A stretch of 64,000 bases of DNA from Escherichia phage ECp13. The stretch is taken from the sequence record PP274704.1, one strand, 5' to 3'. Positions 1 through 9,823 of this stretch are shown here, piece after piece; position 1 is the stretch's first letter, and each line of letters starts with the position of its first letter. The notes beneath the pieces were generated by a model. The model searched no databases. It was not told where the DNA came from and worked only from the letters and a program-made list of their open reading frames with translations. The position numbers and the translations under genes were made by a program.

Positions 1-378
1 TATTCTGACATTGACCCAGAAATGAAAATGGATTGGGACAAAGATGTTTCTAGATCCCTTGGATTAAGGTCAATTAAAAATAGCCTTTTAGGAATTATTA
101 CAACTAGAAAGGGGTCAAGGCCATTTGACCCAGAATTTGGATGCGATTTATCTGATCAGCTTTTTGAGAATATGACTCCTCTTACTGCTGATACTGTTGA
201 GCGTAACATTGAAAGCGCAGTAAGAAACTACGAGCCACGTATTGATAAATTAGCAGTTAATGTAATACCAGTTTATGATGATTATACTCTGATAGTAGAA
301 ATACGCTTTTCAGTCATCGATAACCCTGATGATATTGAGCAGATAAAACTGCAACTGGCTTCTAGTAACAGAGTATAA
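1..378 (+). CDS. 25: baseplate wedge subunit gp25, 5'-truncated by window edge
   Basis: In frame from nt 1 (YSDIDPEMKMDWDK...), stop at 376-378; recognised as the C-terminal part of T4 gp25 (132 aa in T4). Confidence 0.9.
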   Translation, partial: YSDIDPEMKMDWDKDVSRSLGLRSIKNSLLGIITTRKGSRPFDPEFGCDLSDQLFENMTPLTADTVERNIESAVRNYEPRIDKLAVNVIPVYDDYTLIVEIRFSVIDNPDDIEQIKLQLASSNRV

Positions 379-404
379 TGCTTCACGTATAAACGTGGTA
401 TAAT
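374..404 (+). promoter_or_regulatory. middle (MotA-box) promoter for uvsY
   Basis: TAATGCTTCA (376-385) then 13 bp then TATAAT (399-404), 40 nt upstream of uvsY ATG; matches MotA box plus sigma70 -10 architecture. Confidence 0.5.
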
Positions 405-444
405 GAATCTAAGTCCATCCAATAACAATTGAATAGAGAACAAT

Positions 445-858
445 ATGAGATTAGAAGATCTTCAAGAAGAATTGAAGAAAGATGTGTTTATAGATTCGAC
501 TAAATTACAGTATGAAGCAGCTAATAATGTGATGTTATATAGTAAATGGCTTAATAAGCATTCAAGTATTAAAAAAGAAATGCTTAGAATTGAAGCACAG
601 AAAAAAGTTGCTCTTAAAGCTAAATTAGACTACTACTCGGGACGAGGAGATGGTGATGAATTTAGTATGGACCGTTATGAGAAATCAGAAATGAAGACAG
701 TTCTATCAGCTGATAAGGATGTTTTAAAAGTTGATACTTCATTGCAATATTGGGGAATTTTATTGGATTTCTGTAGCGGAGCTCTTGATGCTATTAAATC
801 ACGCGGATTTGCTATTAAGCATATTCAAGACATGCGAGCATTTGAGGCTGGAAAATAA
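445..858 (+). CDS. uvsY: recombination mediator UvsY
   Basis: 137-aa ORF, MRLEDLQEELKKDVFIDSTKLQYEAANN...; length and sequence recognised as T4 UvsY. Confidence 0.92.
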   Translation: MRLEDLQEELKKDVFIDSTKLQYEAANNVMLYSKWLNKHSSIKKEMLRIEAQKKVALKAKLDYYSGRGDGDEFSMDRYEKSEMKTVLSADKDVLKVDTSLQYWGILLDFCSGALDAIKSRGFAIKHIQDMRAFEAGK

Positions 859-1082
859 TGAAATATAGCATTGATGATGCTTTTAATTATGAAGAAGAAT
901 TCGAAACGGAAATTCAATTCTTAATGAAAAAGTATAATCTCAAGCGTCAGGATATTCGTATCCTGGCCGACCATCCATGCGGTGAAGATGTACTTTATGT
1001 TAAAGGAAAATTTGCTGGATATCTTGATGAATATTTTTATTCTAAAGATATGGGCATTGATATGCATATGAGAGTTATATAA
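858..1082 (+). CDS. uvsY.-1: small protein, positional equivalent of T4 uvsY.-1
   Basis: 74-aa ORF with ATGA start/stop overlap with uvsY; position matches T4 uvsY.-1. Confidence 0.7.
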   Translation: MKYSIDDAFNYEEEFETEIQFLMKKYNLKRQDIRILADHPCGEDVLYVKGKFAGYLDEYFYSKDMGIDMHMRVI

Positions 1083-1110
1083 ATAGATATATAATTTAGA
1101 GGAGACAATC

Positions 1111-1278
1111 ATGTCAGATAAGATTTGTGTTGTCTGTAAAACTCCAATCGATTCTGCATTGGTTGTTGAAACAGACAAAGGTCCTGTACATCCTGGGCCT
1201 TGTTATAATTACATTAAAGAACTACCGGTTTCAGAAAGTTCGGAAGAACAATTAAATGAAACACAACTTTTGCTATAG
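1111..1278 (+). CDS. uvsY.-2: small Cys-rich protein, positional equivalent of T4 uvsY.-2
   Basis: 55-aa ORF (below track cutoff), MSDKICVVCKTPID...; GGAG RBS 6 nt upstream; CxxC motif. Confidence 0.55.
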   Translation: MSDKICVVCKTPIDSALVVETDKGPVHPGPCYNYIKELPVSESSEEQLNETQLLL

Positions 1279-1333
1279 TGTGACCTTTAGTCTATAGTTT
1301 TGGCCCTTCCTTTTTGGTTGGGCCTTTTTTAAT

Positions 1334-1576
1334 TTAAAAGCTTTCTTCTACTTCATCGTCTGAATCTTCTAATTCAGCTCTTTTTCCTGCCAAAGCATCT
1401 CTGACTGAGATGTCATCAGTATCTTTTAATTCAGTTTCTTTAACTCTTTTCTTATAATAAGCTTCAAGTTCTTCTAGACCTTCTATTGTTTGACAAGAGG
1501 CAATTTTACCCATAAATTCATCAATAGAAGCTTCATAAAGAAATTGTTTAAATTCTAGTAACATCTTTTTCTCCAA
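1334..1576 (-). CDS. uvsW.1: UvsW.1 small acidic protein
   Basis: 80-aa ORF directly downstream of uvsW on minus strand; T4 has UvsW.1 at this position. Confidence 0.75.
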   Translation of the reverse strand: MEKKMLLEFKQFLYEASIDEFMGKIASCQTIEGLEELEAYYKKRVKETELKDTDDISVRDALAGKRAELEDSDDEVEESF

Positions 1577-1589
1577 AGGGCCGAAGCCC

Positions 1590-3101
1590 TTATAAATTAA
1601 CTGTTTTCATTACGTAATTAAATTTTTCATCTGCATATCGCTGAATACGATCAATGCCGTGTTTTAAAAGATAGTTCAAATGAACGTATTTCTTTTTCGT
1701 ATTAGCAGATTTTGGCTTAACACCGCAATCATCTATGAGGTCCCAGACTGTTGCGATTGTTTTAGAACCGTGTTTACGTAATACGCGACCTATTGTTTGC
1801 AATACAATAATTTTAGATTTAACACCGTGTGCTAAAACAACGTGATGCAGATTTTTAACTGAAATACCAGTAGAAAATACACCATAACTAGCTACTATAA
1901 TTATTCCTTTACCGTTTTCAGCTAAGGTTTTCATTACATTGCGGGTTTCGGTATCAACTTCCCCTGATACGTAATAAACTTTATCGTATTCATTTTTAAT
2001 TAAATCGAAAATAGCTTTACCATGTGATACATGCTTAAACATGACAAAAGCGTTTTCATCTTTTTGTGCAAGCTTAATAGCTAATTTAGCGATCCATTTA
2101 TTTCTTTTACTGAGCCCAGTAATAATTTTTATTTCTTCTTGGTAAGTTTTTCCCTTTAATTTAGTAGTGAACTCATCGGGATAGCGAAGAAAAATACTAT
2201 TAATTTTTAACTCGGTTACTTGTCCATCTTCCATTAATTTAGAAGTAGTTACTGGCTTAAATATTTCACCAAACATTCCAACATACTGCATGATATTAGC
2301 TTTGCCATCACGTAATGAACCAGATAAACCGAATTTGAACATGCAGTTATTTAAACCTGATATGATAGATGAAATACTTTTTCCAGTAGCAAGATGACAT
2401 TCATCATTCATCATCATTCCAAACTGTGAGAACCATTCTTTCGGTTGTTTTACTACAGTTTGCCATGTACCAACAACGACTGGTGCATCATTTTTATATT
2501 TATCATCTTTTGATGCTCCACCGCCGATTTTCTTTATCATTGCATGACTGAATAAACGATAGTCAACAAAGTCATCAGCCATCTGAGTTGTCAGAGCAGT
2601 TGTTGGAACAATGATAAGAATTTTACCTTCATAATTTTCCAAATAATATCGAGCAAGCAAAGCTTGAATTAAAGATTTACCTGCGGATGTTGGAAGATTA
2701 AGAATTCTACGACGATTAACTAATCCTTCGAACACTGCATCTTTTTGATACCAGTGTGGTTCAATTCTTTTATTTCCTGAATAGATTTCTAATTTAGAAA
2801 GCCATTCATCAAAATCTTTTCTTGATAATTCTTCTTTTTCGTTAATCTGTGGGTCAATCCAGGCTTTATAGCCAAAGTTATCACAGAACTTTTTAATTTG
2901 CCCAACTAAGCCGAATGGAAGAAGGCGATTATAATCTAAAAGACGGATTCGTCCATCCCAGTGGCCATATTTGTACTTCGGATTAAAACGATACCCATCA
3001 GCTTCAAAGCTAAAGAAATCACGGAGTTCATGAAATGTACTTTCTTCACAATCAATTCTCACGTGACTAAAATCATAAAAATGTACTTTAATGTCAGTCA
3101 T
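1590..3101 (-). CDS. uvsW: UvsW DNA/RNA helicase
   Basis: 503-aa ORF; Walker A (NLPTSAGKS), DExH-like (MMMNDECH) and helicase C motifs; length matches T4 UvsW. Confidence 0.92.
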   Translation of the reverse strand: MTDIKVHFYDFSHVRIDCEESTFHELRDFFSFEADGYRFNPKYKYGHWDGRIRLLDYNRLLPFGLVGQIKKFCDNFGYKAWIDPQINEKEELSRKDFDEWLSKLEIYSGNKRIEPHWYQKDAVFEGLVNRRRILNLPTSAGKSLIQALLARYYLENYEGKILIIVPTTALTTQMADDFVDYRLFSHAMIKKIGGGASKDDKYKNDAPVVVGTWQTVVKQPKEWFSQFGMMMNDECHLATGKSISSIISGLNNCMFKFGLSGSLRDGKANIMQYVGMFGEIFKPVTTSKLMEDGQVTELKINSIFLRYPDEFTTKLKGKTYQEEIKIITGLSKRNKWIAKLAIKLAQKDENAFVMFKHVSHGKAIFDLIKNEYDKVYYVSGEVDTETRNVMKTLAENGKGIIIVASYGVFSTGISVKNLHHVVLAHGVKSKIIVLQTIGRVLRKHGSKTIATVWDLIDDCGVKPKSANTKKKYVHLNYLLKHGIDRIQRYADEKFNYVMKTVNL

Positions 3102-3130
3102 GTCTAAATACCGTGTAATAAATATATCTA

Positions 3131-3138
3131 TATTTATA
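3131..3138 (-). promoter_or_regulatory. late promoter (TATAAATA) for uvsW
   Basis: tatttata on plus strand reads TATAAATA on minus strand, 30 nt upstream of uvsW start codon (3101). Confidence 0.6.
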
Positions 3139-3151
3139 CTGAGGAAATATT

Positions 3152-3832
3152 ATGATAGATAAAGATTATATTGCAGAGCTGAAGGCTCTTGATGATAATA
3201 AAGAAGCTAAAGCTAAATTAGCTGAATATGCTGAACAGTTTGGTATAAAGGTCAAAAAGAATAAATCTTTTGATAATATCGTTAATGATATTGAAGAAGC
3301 TTTCCAGAAGCTCGCTAGTGAACCTATGCCAGAGACTGATGGGTTATCTATTAAAGACTTAATTGATGCTGCTGATGCCGCAGACGGATTAAAATATGAC
3401 GATGAAGAAGTCAATCCAGAGGCAGCACTTCTGATTGATTCTCCGGTTAAATCTGACATTAAAATTGAAGTAGTAGAAACGGATAAAATTCCTGAAAATA
3501 CCGATGTTTTGATTGAAGATACTCCTTTTGTTGAAGAAAAATTCGAACAGGCTGTAGCTGAGATTATTGAATCTGAAAAGCCGTCTGTATTTACTCTTCC
3601 GGAAAACTTTAGCCCAAATCTTCAGCTGATTGGAAAAAATCCAGGATTCTGCACTGTTCCTTGGTGGATTTACCAATGGATTGCTGAAACTCCGGATTGG
3701 AAATCTCACCCAACTAGTTTTGAACATGCGTCTGCTCATCAAACTTTGTTTAGCTTAATTTACTACATTAATCGTGACGGATCAGTTCTAATTCGTGAAA
3801 CACGCAATTCTTCTTTCGTAACATTAAAATAA
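3152..3832 (+). CDS. inh: inhibitor of prohead protease gp21 (Inh)
   Basis: 226-aa ORF, same length and position (between uvsW and hoc) as T4 Inh; no segE-like ORF intervenes. Confidence 0.8.
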   Translation: MIDKDYIAELKALDDNKEAKAKLAEYAEQFGIKVKKNKSFDNIVNDIEEAFQKLASEPMPETDGLSIKDLIDAADAADGLKYDDEEVNPEAALLIDSPVKSDIKIEVVETDKIPENTDVLIEDTPFVEEKFEQAVAEIIESEKPSVFTLPENFSPNLQLIGKNPGFCTVPWWIYQWIAETPDWKSHPTSFEHASAHQTLFSLIYYINRDGSVLIRETRNSSFVTLK

Positions 3833-3841
3833 GGATAACTT

Positions 3842-5260
3842 ATGGCTTTTACAGTTGATATAACTCCTAAAACACCTACTGGAGTTATTGATGAAACCAA
3901 GCAGTTTACTGCTGCACCAAGTGGTCAAACCGAAGGTGGAACTATTACCTATGCTTGGAGTGTAGATAATGTTCCACAGGATGGAGCTGAAGCAACTTTT
4001 GATTATGTATTAAAAGGACCTGCCGGTCAAAAGACTATTAAGGTGGTTGCAACAAATACAGTTCCAGAAGCTGATCCTGAAACAGCAGAAACTACGACAA
4101 CTATCACAGTTAAAAATAAAACACAAACAACTACCTTGGCAGTAACTCCTGCTAGTCCTCCAGCTGGAGTAATCGGAACAGCTGTCCAATTTACTGCTGC
4201 CTTAGCTTCACAGCCATCGGGCGCAACAGCCACGTATCAATGGCACGTTGACGGTTCTCCTGTAAGCGAAGCAACTTCTGCTACATTCAATTACACTCCT
4301 ACCACAAGTGGAGTTAAAAAAATCAAGTGCATAGCTCAAGTAACTGCGGCAGATTATGATGCACTGAGCGTTACTTCTAATGAAGTGTCACTGACAGTTA
4401 ATAAAAAGACGCAGACAACTACCTTAGCTGTAACTCCTAATAGTCCTTCAGCTGGAGTAATTGGAACCCCAGTTCAATTTACTGCTGCCTTAGCTTCTCA
4501 ACCCGATGGCGCAACTGCTACATATAAATGGTATGTAGATGATTCTCAAATTGGTGGAGAAACTAACTCTACATTTAACTATACTCCAACTACAAGTGGA
4601 GTAAAAAGAATTAAATGTGTAGCGCAAGTAACTGCAGAAAATTACAATGAAAAGGAAGTTACTTCCAACGAAGTGTCACTGACGGTTAATAAGAAGACAA
4701 TGAATCCACAGGTTGCATTGACTCCTCCTTCTATTAACGTTCAGCAAGATGCTTCGGCTACATTTACAGCTAATGTTACTGGAGCACCTGAAGCAGCACA
4801 AATTACTTATTCATGGAAGAAAGATTCTTCTCCTGTGGAAGGGTCAACTAACGTATACACCGTTGACACCTCATCTATTGGAAGTCAAACTATTGAAGTT
4901 ACTGCTGTCGTTACAGCAACTGACTATGACAGTAAAACAGTTAAAGCAACAGGCCAAGTTCAGGTGACTGATAAAGTTGCTCCGGAACCAGAAGGTGAAT
5001 TGCCTTATGTTCATCCTCTTCCACATCGTACTTCAGCTTATATCTGGTGCGGTTGGTGGGTTATGGATGAAATCCAAAAAATGACCGAAGAAGGTAAAGA
5101 TTGGAAAACTGAAGATCCAGATAGTAAATACTACCTGCACCGTTACACCCTTCAGAAGATGATGAAAGACTATCCAGAAGTTGATGTTCAAGAATCACGT
5201 AATGGATACATCATTCATAAAACTGCTTTAGAAACTGGTATCATCTATACCTATCCATAA
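3842..5260 (+). CDS. hoc: Hoc outer capsid decoration protein with four Ig-like domains
   Basis: 472-aa ORF with repeated ~96-aa Ig-like modules (TTLAVTP...VQFTAALASQP...FNYTPTTSGVK...VSLTV) plus conserved C-terminal capsid-binding region; T4 Hoc is 376 aa. Confidence 0.85.
   Translation: MAFTVDITPKTPTGVIDETKQFTAAPSGQTEGGTITYAWSVDNVPQDGAEATFDYVLKGPAGQKTIKVVATNTVPEADPETAETTTTITVKNKTQTTTLAVTPASPPAGVIGTAVQFTAALASQPSGATATYQWHVDGSPVSEATSATFNYTPTTSGVKKIKCIAQVTAADYDALSVTSNEVSLTVNKKTQTTTLAVTPNSPSAGVIGTPVQFTAALASQPDGATATYKWYVDDSQIGGETNSTFNYTPTTSGVKRIKCVAQVTAENYNEKEVTSNEVSLTVNKKTMNPQVALTPPSINVQQDASATFTANVTGAPEAAQITYSWKKDSSPVEGSTNVYTVDTSSIGSQTIEVTAVVTATDYDSKTVKATGQVQVTDKVAPEPEGELPYVHPLPHRTSAYIWCGWWVMDEIQKMTEEGKDWKTEDPDSKYYLHRYTLQKMMKDYPEVDVQESRNGYIIHKTALETGIIYTYP
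4118..4693 (+). repeat. tandem duplication (2 x ~288 bp) inside hoc encoding two near-identical Ig-like domains
   Basis: Units ~4118-4405 and ~4406-4693 align at roughly 80% nucleotide identity by eye; protein repeats KTQTTTLAVTP...SNEVSLTVNKKT. Confidence 0.8.
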
Positions 5261-5264
5261 TCAT

Positions 5265-5290
5265 AAGGGCTTCGGCCCCTTTCTTCATTT
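5265..5290 (+). terminator. stem-loop (UUCG tetraloop) with U-rich tail after hoc
   Basis: GGGC-ttcg-GCCC followed by cctttcttcatttt, 7 nt after hoc stop. Confidence 0.4.
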
Positions 5291-5348
5291 TGAAAGCACA
5301 CAAAACACACTCATAAAATGATGTATATAATGGCACCAACTCGATAAC

Positions 5349-5564
5349 ATGAGATTGATTATGAGAACTGAGGTTGTGGTGTTTACACTCCATGAGTCTG
5401 GAAAGTCATTCATTGAAATTGCTCGTGAATTGAACTTACAGGCAAAAGAAGTGGCTGTATTATGGGCTCGAGCTATGACTGCTAAGAATAAATTTGAGAC
5501 TCGAGAAAAAGTTGTCTATAGAAAAAGACATATTAATAAAAAGGTGAAAAATGGAACAGTATGA
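5349..5564 (+). CDS. 24.3: small HTH-like protein, positional equivalent of T4 24.3
   Basis: 71-aa ORF; SGKSFIEIARELNLQAKEVAVLWARA resembles a helix-turn-helix. Confidence 0.6.
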   Translation: MRLIMRTEVVVFTLHESGKSFIEIARELNLQAKEVAVLWARAMTAKNKFETREKVVYRKRHINKKVKNGTV

Positions 5565-5829
5565 TCTTTATGAAAATGAATCTTTTGCTAATCAATTACG
5601 AGAAAAAGCACTTAAAAGCAAACAGTTTAAGCTAGAGTGTTTTATTAAAGATTTTTCAGAACTTGCTAATAAAGCAGCTGAACAAGGTAAAACATATTTT
5701 AGTTATTATTGCACTGCTCGCGATAAATTGATTACTGAAGAAATTGGTGATTGGCTGAGAAAAGAAGGATTTAGCTTTAAAGTCAATAGTGATCAGCGTG
5801 ATGGTGATTGGTTAGAAATTACATTTTGA
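5551..5829 (+). CDS. 24.2: hypothetical protein, positional equivalent of T4 24.2
   Basis: 92-aa ORF overlapping upstream gene; conserved position upstream of rnlB. Confidence 0.6.
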   Translation: MEQYDLYENESFANQLREKALKSKQFKLECFIKDFSELANKAAEQGKTYFSYYCTARDKLITEEIGDWLRKEGFSFKVNSDQRDGDWLEITF

Positions 5830-5838
5830 GGATTAATT

Positions 5839-6843
5839 ATGTTTAAAAAGTATAGCAGTCTTGAAAATCATTACAATTCTAAATTTATTGAAAAACTTTA
5901 TAGTTTAGGATTGACTGGTGGCGAATGGGTAGCTCGTGAAAAGATTCATGGCACAAATTTCTCATTAATTATTGAGCGTGATAAAGCAACTTGTGCTAAA
6001 CGTACTGGTCCTATTCTTCCTGCTGAAGATTTCTTTGGGTATGAAATTATTTTGAAGAATTACGCTGATTCCATTAAAGCAGTACAAGATATTATGGAAA
6101 CTTCAGCAGTTGTATCTTATCAAGTCTTTGGCGAATTCGCTGGACCTGGCATTCAGAAGAATGTCGATTATGGTGATAAAGATTTTTATGTATTTGACAT
6201 TATTGTTACTACCGAAAGTGGTGATGTGACTTATGTCGATGATTATATGATGGAATCATTCTGCAATACATTTAAATTTAAAATGGCTCCACTTTTAGGT
6301 CGCGGTAAATTTGAAGAGCTTATTAAATTGCCAAATGATTTAGATTCTGTCGTCCAAGATTATAATTTTACAGTAGACCATGCTGGATTAGTTGATGCAA
6401 ATAAATGCGTTTGGAATGCTGAAGCAAAAGGCGAAGTATTTACCGCTGAAGGATATGTATTGAAACCTTGTTATCCTTCTTGGATGCCTAATGGCAATCG
6501 CGTAGCTATCAAATGCAAGAACTCTAAATTTAGTGAAAAGAAAAAGTCTGATAAGCCTATTAAAGCTAAAGTTGAGTTGTCAGAAGCTGATAATAAATTG
6601 CTGGGAATTTTAGCTTGTTATGTTACACTGAACCGAGTAAATAACGTTATTTCTAAAATTGGCGAAATTGGTCCAAAAGATTTTGGAAAGGTGATGGGAC
6701 TAACGGTTCAAGATATTTTGGAAGAAACTTCTCGTGAAGGTATTACTCTAACTCAAGCGGATAATCCTTCTTTGATTAAGAAGGAATTAGTTAAAATGGT
6801 ACAAGATGTACTTCGTCCGGCTTGGATTGAATTGGTAAGTTAA
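5839..6843 (+). CDS. rnlB: RNA ligase 2 (Rnl2)
   Basis: 334-aa ORF with nucleotidyltransferase motif I KIHGTN; length and position match T4 RnlB. Confidence 0.9.
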   Translation: MFKKYSSLENHYNSKFIEKLYSLGLTGGEWVAREKIHGTNFSLIIERDKATCAKRTGPILPAEDFFGYEIILKNYADSIKAVQDIMETSAVVSYQVFGEFAGPGIQKNVDYGDKDFYVFDIIVTTESGDVTYVDDYMMESFCNTFKFKMAPLLGRGKFEELIKLPNDLDSVVQDYNFTVDHAGLVDANKCVWNAEAKGEVFTAEGYVLKPCYPSWMPNGNRVAIKCKNSKFSEKKKSDKPIKAKVELSEADNKLLGILACYVTLNRVNNVISKIGEIGPKDFGKVMGLTVQDILEETSREGITLTQADNPSLIKKELVKMVQDVLRPAWIELVS

Positions 6844-6877
6844 ATAAAAAGGGACCTTTCGGTCCCTTTGTTTTATT
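6844..6877. terminator. bidirectional intrinsic terminator between convergent rnlB and gene 24
   Basis: GGGACC-tttc-GGTCCC hairpin flanked by A-run upstream and T-run downstream, exactly between the two stop codons. Confidence 0.65.
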
Positions 6878-8156
6878 CATCAATGATAATTTTTGGTAGC
6901 TTAACACCTAATAAAACAGACAAATCTGAACGACCCGCCATTTTATCCATGTCTCCACCATCAATTACTCTTGCTTCTTTTTCATCTTTTGCTACAGTGT
7001 AAGGATTTGCAGATAAAGCATATCTAACTAATAAACCGATAGATGGCTGCAAACTTTCTGGATCAACTACAACTTTAAATGCACCTACATGTTCAGGGTC
7101 ATCTAAGTCAAGACCTTCTGTATACGGAGCATAGAAAATTGACCCAACAATTTCTTTTTCACCGATATTTTCTACTACGCCAACGATTACATAATCTAAT
7201 GGGCTGTTGGTATCGCAATAAAGCGGTAAACCATTAGCTAAGAACCCGTAGGCATTTTGTGAAAGATATTTGTCATCTTCTGGTTTATGTTTTAACCAAC
7301 CTGATGCAGCAAGAATTGCAGCGGCACGAGCTGAAGCAACACAGAATGTTGCAGTATAAGTTGATTCTTTTTGGATATGCGAAACCATTTCACATACCAT
7401 TCGGTATAATGAACGACCAGCTTCAGGTGCAGATGCATAACTCAAATCAATGAATCCAGTATCAGTAATTCCTGTAACTTTATAGCGTTTTGACACTGTA
7501 ATCAAAGACTGCAGAATATCTTTATTGATTTCATCTGCCATTTCGGTTGCAAGCAAATCTTCCAAGAAATTAGGAGCATCGAATCCATTTGCTTCTAAAT
7601 CTTGTGCTAATTCAACTGTGATGCCAGTTTTAAGTTTACGAGATTTAACCGCGGTTTGCCATTTATTAATCTGGAATCTAGCATCCGCAATTTCACTATC
7701 AGAGCTTTCAAATTTGCTTGTTACTGCAGCATCAGAAAATAGACGAACCTTTAAAAGAACAATTGCAATCTGAAGAGCTAATTCTAAATCGCTTTCTTCA
7801 ATATCAGCAAATGGTGTATCTTCTAATACTTTATAAACGATATTATTATATTTGAATAAATCGCCTTTATTGAGAGTTAATTTAGACTCTTCTGTTAATT
7901 CTGTGATTTGTTCTCGGTCTACATACCCAGCTTCGCCGGCGTAAGTAGCACCAGTTTTAAATGTAAATTCGTTATCTGGGTTAAGGTATTTGATACCATA
8001 AAAAGCAGCAACAGGTTGATTAGTTCTTTGCGTTGCTACAATGTCAGAATATATTAATTTAGTGGTAGCGCGAGTCAAAGCAACGAGATTTGGGCGACCG
8101 ATTGAGTTGCTATTCGTTGTGGTTGATTCGCGCAGAAGTTCGTTGATTTTAGCCAT
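6873..8156 (-). CDS. 24: head vertex protein gp24
   Basis: 427-aa ORF, same length as T4 gp24; gp23-like fold residues; adjacent to gene 23. Confidence 0.92.
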   Translation of the reverse strand: MAKINELLRESTTTNSNSIGRPNLVALTRATTKLIYSDIVATQRTNQPVAAFYGIKYLNPDNEFTFKTGATYAGEAGYVDREQITELTEESKLTLNKGDLFKYNNIVYKVLEDTPFADIEESDLELALQIAIVLLKVRLFSDAAVTSKFESSDSEIADARFQINKWQTAVKSRKLKTGITVELAQDLEANGFDAPNFLEDLLATEMADEINKDILQSLITVSKRYKVTGITDTGFIDLSYASAPEAGRSLYRMVCEMVSHIQKESTYTATFCVASARAAAILAASGWLKHKPEDDKYLSQNAYGFLANGLPLYCDTNSPLDYVIVGVVENIGEKEIVGSIFYAPYTEGLDLDDPEHVGAFKVVVDPESLQPSIGLLVRYALSANPYTVAKDEKEARVIDGGDMDKMAGRSDLSVLLGVKLPKIIIDE

Positions 8157-8183
8157 TGCGCTTTCCTTTTGGTTTATATGATT

Positions 8184-8191
8184 TATTTATA
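8184..8191 (-). promoter_or_regulatory. late promoter (TATAAATA) for gene 24
   Basis: tatttata on plus strand, 28 nt upstream of gene 24 start (8156). Confidence 0.65.
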
Positions 8192-8204
8192 CCATAAAAA
8201 CAAC

Positions 8205-8226
8205 TAAAGGGACCCGAAGGTCCCTT
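8205..8226 (-). terminator. hairpin terminator/attenuator downstream of gene 23
   Basis: GGGACC-cgaa-GGTCCC palindrome at 8209-8224, followed on minus strand by a T-rich run. Confidence 0.55.
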
Positions 8227-8239
8227 AAATCGTCAAAGA

Positions 8240-9805
8240 TTAGATACCTTTAACATATACACGGCGGAAGTAAGCGTTTTTACCAAGGCTATTCAGAATA
8301 GAAGGCATACCGCTCTGGATGCGAGAAGCCGGAGCCTGAGCAGCGGATTCTGCAAATGGGTTGATACCGATACCGTAACGAGTTTTGAATCCCATTACTG
8401 GTTGGAAGTTCTTCGGATCGGAACCACGCAGCGGAGTCAGAGCTACATATGGAGCGTAGTAAATACCAGCATCCATTTCGTTCGGACCTTTATAACCTAC
8501 AGTGAAATAATCCTGTTTAGCATACTGGTCGATATATACACGGTATTTACCACCCAGAACACCAGCAAATACTGACTTAGTAGTATCAGTGTTAAAGCCG
8601 GTAGCCAGACCCTGTGCAGCATAAGAAATGCCAGTATCAACTGAAGCCAGAACGTTAACTACGTTACGGGAAGCGATAATGAAGTTACCTTCACCACGAC
8701 CGGTCTGACGAGCAATTTCAACTGCTTCTTTGTCAATCTGGAACAACAGAGCTTTAAAGGATTCACCCGCCCAGCGAGCACCACGAATATCAATCGGATC
8801 CTGGAAGTCAAACACACCAGCTTTAGAACCCGGAGTCAGGGTCATACCAGATTTACCAACCTGAGCTGAGTAGTTAATCCAATCAACAACTTCACGGTTG
8901 ATTTCCAGCATGATTTCGGTAGCCAGAATACCAGACAGTTCAGCATCAGCATCCATACCGTGAACAGCGCGGAGGTCTTGTGCTAATTCGATAGAGTAAG
9001 CAGCTTTCAGCTGGCGAGATTTAGCTTCGATAACTTGTTTATCGATACGGAAGCCCATTTCATTCCATGGGTTATCGGTAGAACCGTTGAAACCTTCCTG
9101 AAGTTCAGCGATAGAAGTAGCCATACCTTCAGCGATTTCTACCAGTACACCAGCTTCCATTTGTTTCTTAATTTCAGCATCTAATTTAGCTGCATCATCC
9201 GCAGTAGAACTAATTGTTACTTGAGCAGAAGCTTGCAGATACACAGTACCAGTGTCCTGGAAGAAGTGAGTATAGATATCACCTACTGTAGTTTGTGTAC
9301 TAGCAGCCAGAGCTGGGAATTTCTTAGCAGCACCCTGACCAGAGAACATTGCATCTGGACCATACATTGGGTGGAATGCTTCTTTAGCACCGGCAGCGAT
9401 TGGGTCTTTACCATATACTGCACGCAGTGCGAATACCTGGCCAGTCGGGCTGTTCATCGGCTGAACACCGCAAATGTCGAAAGCAATCAGGTTAGGAATA
9501 GCACGACGTACCATACCCATAACAGCTGGGCCAATCTGAGTTACTGCGCCAGAAGTCTGACCTGCAGCGATGTTGGTAGCATTGTAACCGTGGTCACCAC
9601 CGATTTCAGCTTCTGTTAAGAAAGAACCGAATGCCTGAGCAATTTTTTCGTCTTTATATTCCGGAGCTGTCTGGAAATCTTTTTCCTGGTTTTCAAAGAT
9701 TTTAGCGATAATCGCTTGTTTGCTATTAGCAATTTCCGGTAAACCTTCACCTTCCAGTAATGGCTTCCATTTGTTCAAAAGTTCAGCTTTAGTTTTGATA
9801 GTCAT
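8240..9805 (-). CDS. 23: major capsid protein gp23
   Basis: 521-aa ORF, length identical to T4 gp23; host-like GC-richer codon usage typical of this highly expressed gene. Confidence 0.95.
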   Translation of the reverse strand: MTIKTKAELLNKWKPLLEGEGLPEIANSKQAIIAKIFENQEKDFQTAPEYKDEKIAQAFGSFLTEAEIGGDHGYNATNIAAGQTSGAVTQIGPAVMGMVRRAIPNLIAFDICGVQPMNSPTGQVFALRAVYGKDPIAAGAKEAFHPMYGPDAMFSGQGAAKKFPALAASTQTTVGDIYTHFFQDTGTVYLQASAQVTISSTADDAAKLDAEIKKQMEAGVLVEIAEGMATSIAELQEGFNGSTDNPWNEMGFRIDKQVIEAKSRQLKAAYSIELAQDLRAVHGMDADAELSGILATEIMLEINREVVDWINYSAQVGKSGMTLTPGSKAGVFDFQDPIDIRGARWAGESFKALLFQIDKEAVEIARQTGRGEGNFIIASRNVVNVLASVDTGISYAAQGLATGFNTDTTKSVFAGVLGGKYRVYIDQYAKQDYFTVGYKGPNEMDAGIYYAPYVALTPLRGSDPKNFQPVMGFKTRYGIGINPFAESAAQAPASRIQSGMPSILNSLGKNAYFRRVYVKGI

Positions 9806-9823
9806 TTGTGTTAACCTTTAAAA

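Noticed and set aside
921-1178. 85-aa minus-strand ORF spanning the uvsY.-1/uvsY.-2 region
   Set aside because: Antisense to two plus-strand ORFs with RBSs; AT-rich Ile/Phe/Asn-rich translation.
3166-3742. Minus-strand ORFs (97 and 117 aa) inside inh
   Set aside because: Antisense to a well-supported gene, low-complexity Ser/Ala-rich or Phe/Asn-rich translation, no RBS; typical shadow ORFs.
4027-4967. ORFs 4027-4233 (minus) and 4749-4967 (plus, alternate frame) within hoc
   Set aside because: They overlap the hoc coding frame; repetitive low-complexity translation reflects the Ig-repeat DNA, not separate genes.
7259-7773. Plus-strand ORFs (64 and 82 aa) inside gene 24
   Set aside because: Antisense to gp24 with no promoter or RBS context.
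9221-9619. 132-aa plus-strand ORF inside gene 23
   Set aside because: Antisense to the major capsid gene; Cys/Ser/Thr-rich translation typical of reverse-frame artefacts in GC-richer codon-optimised genes.
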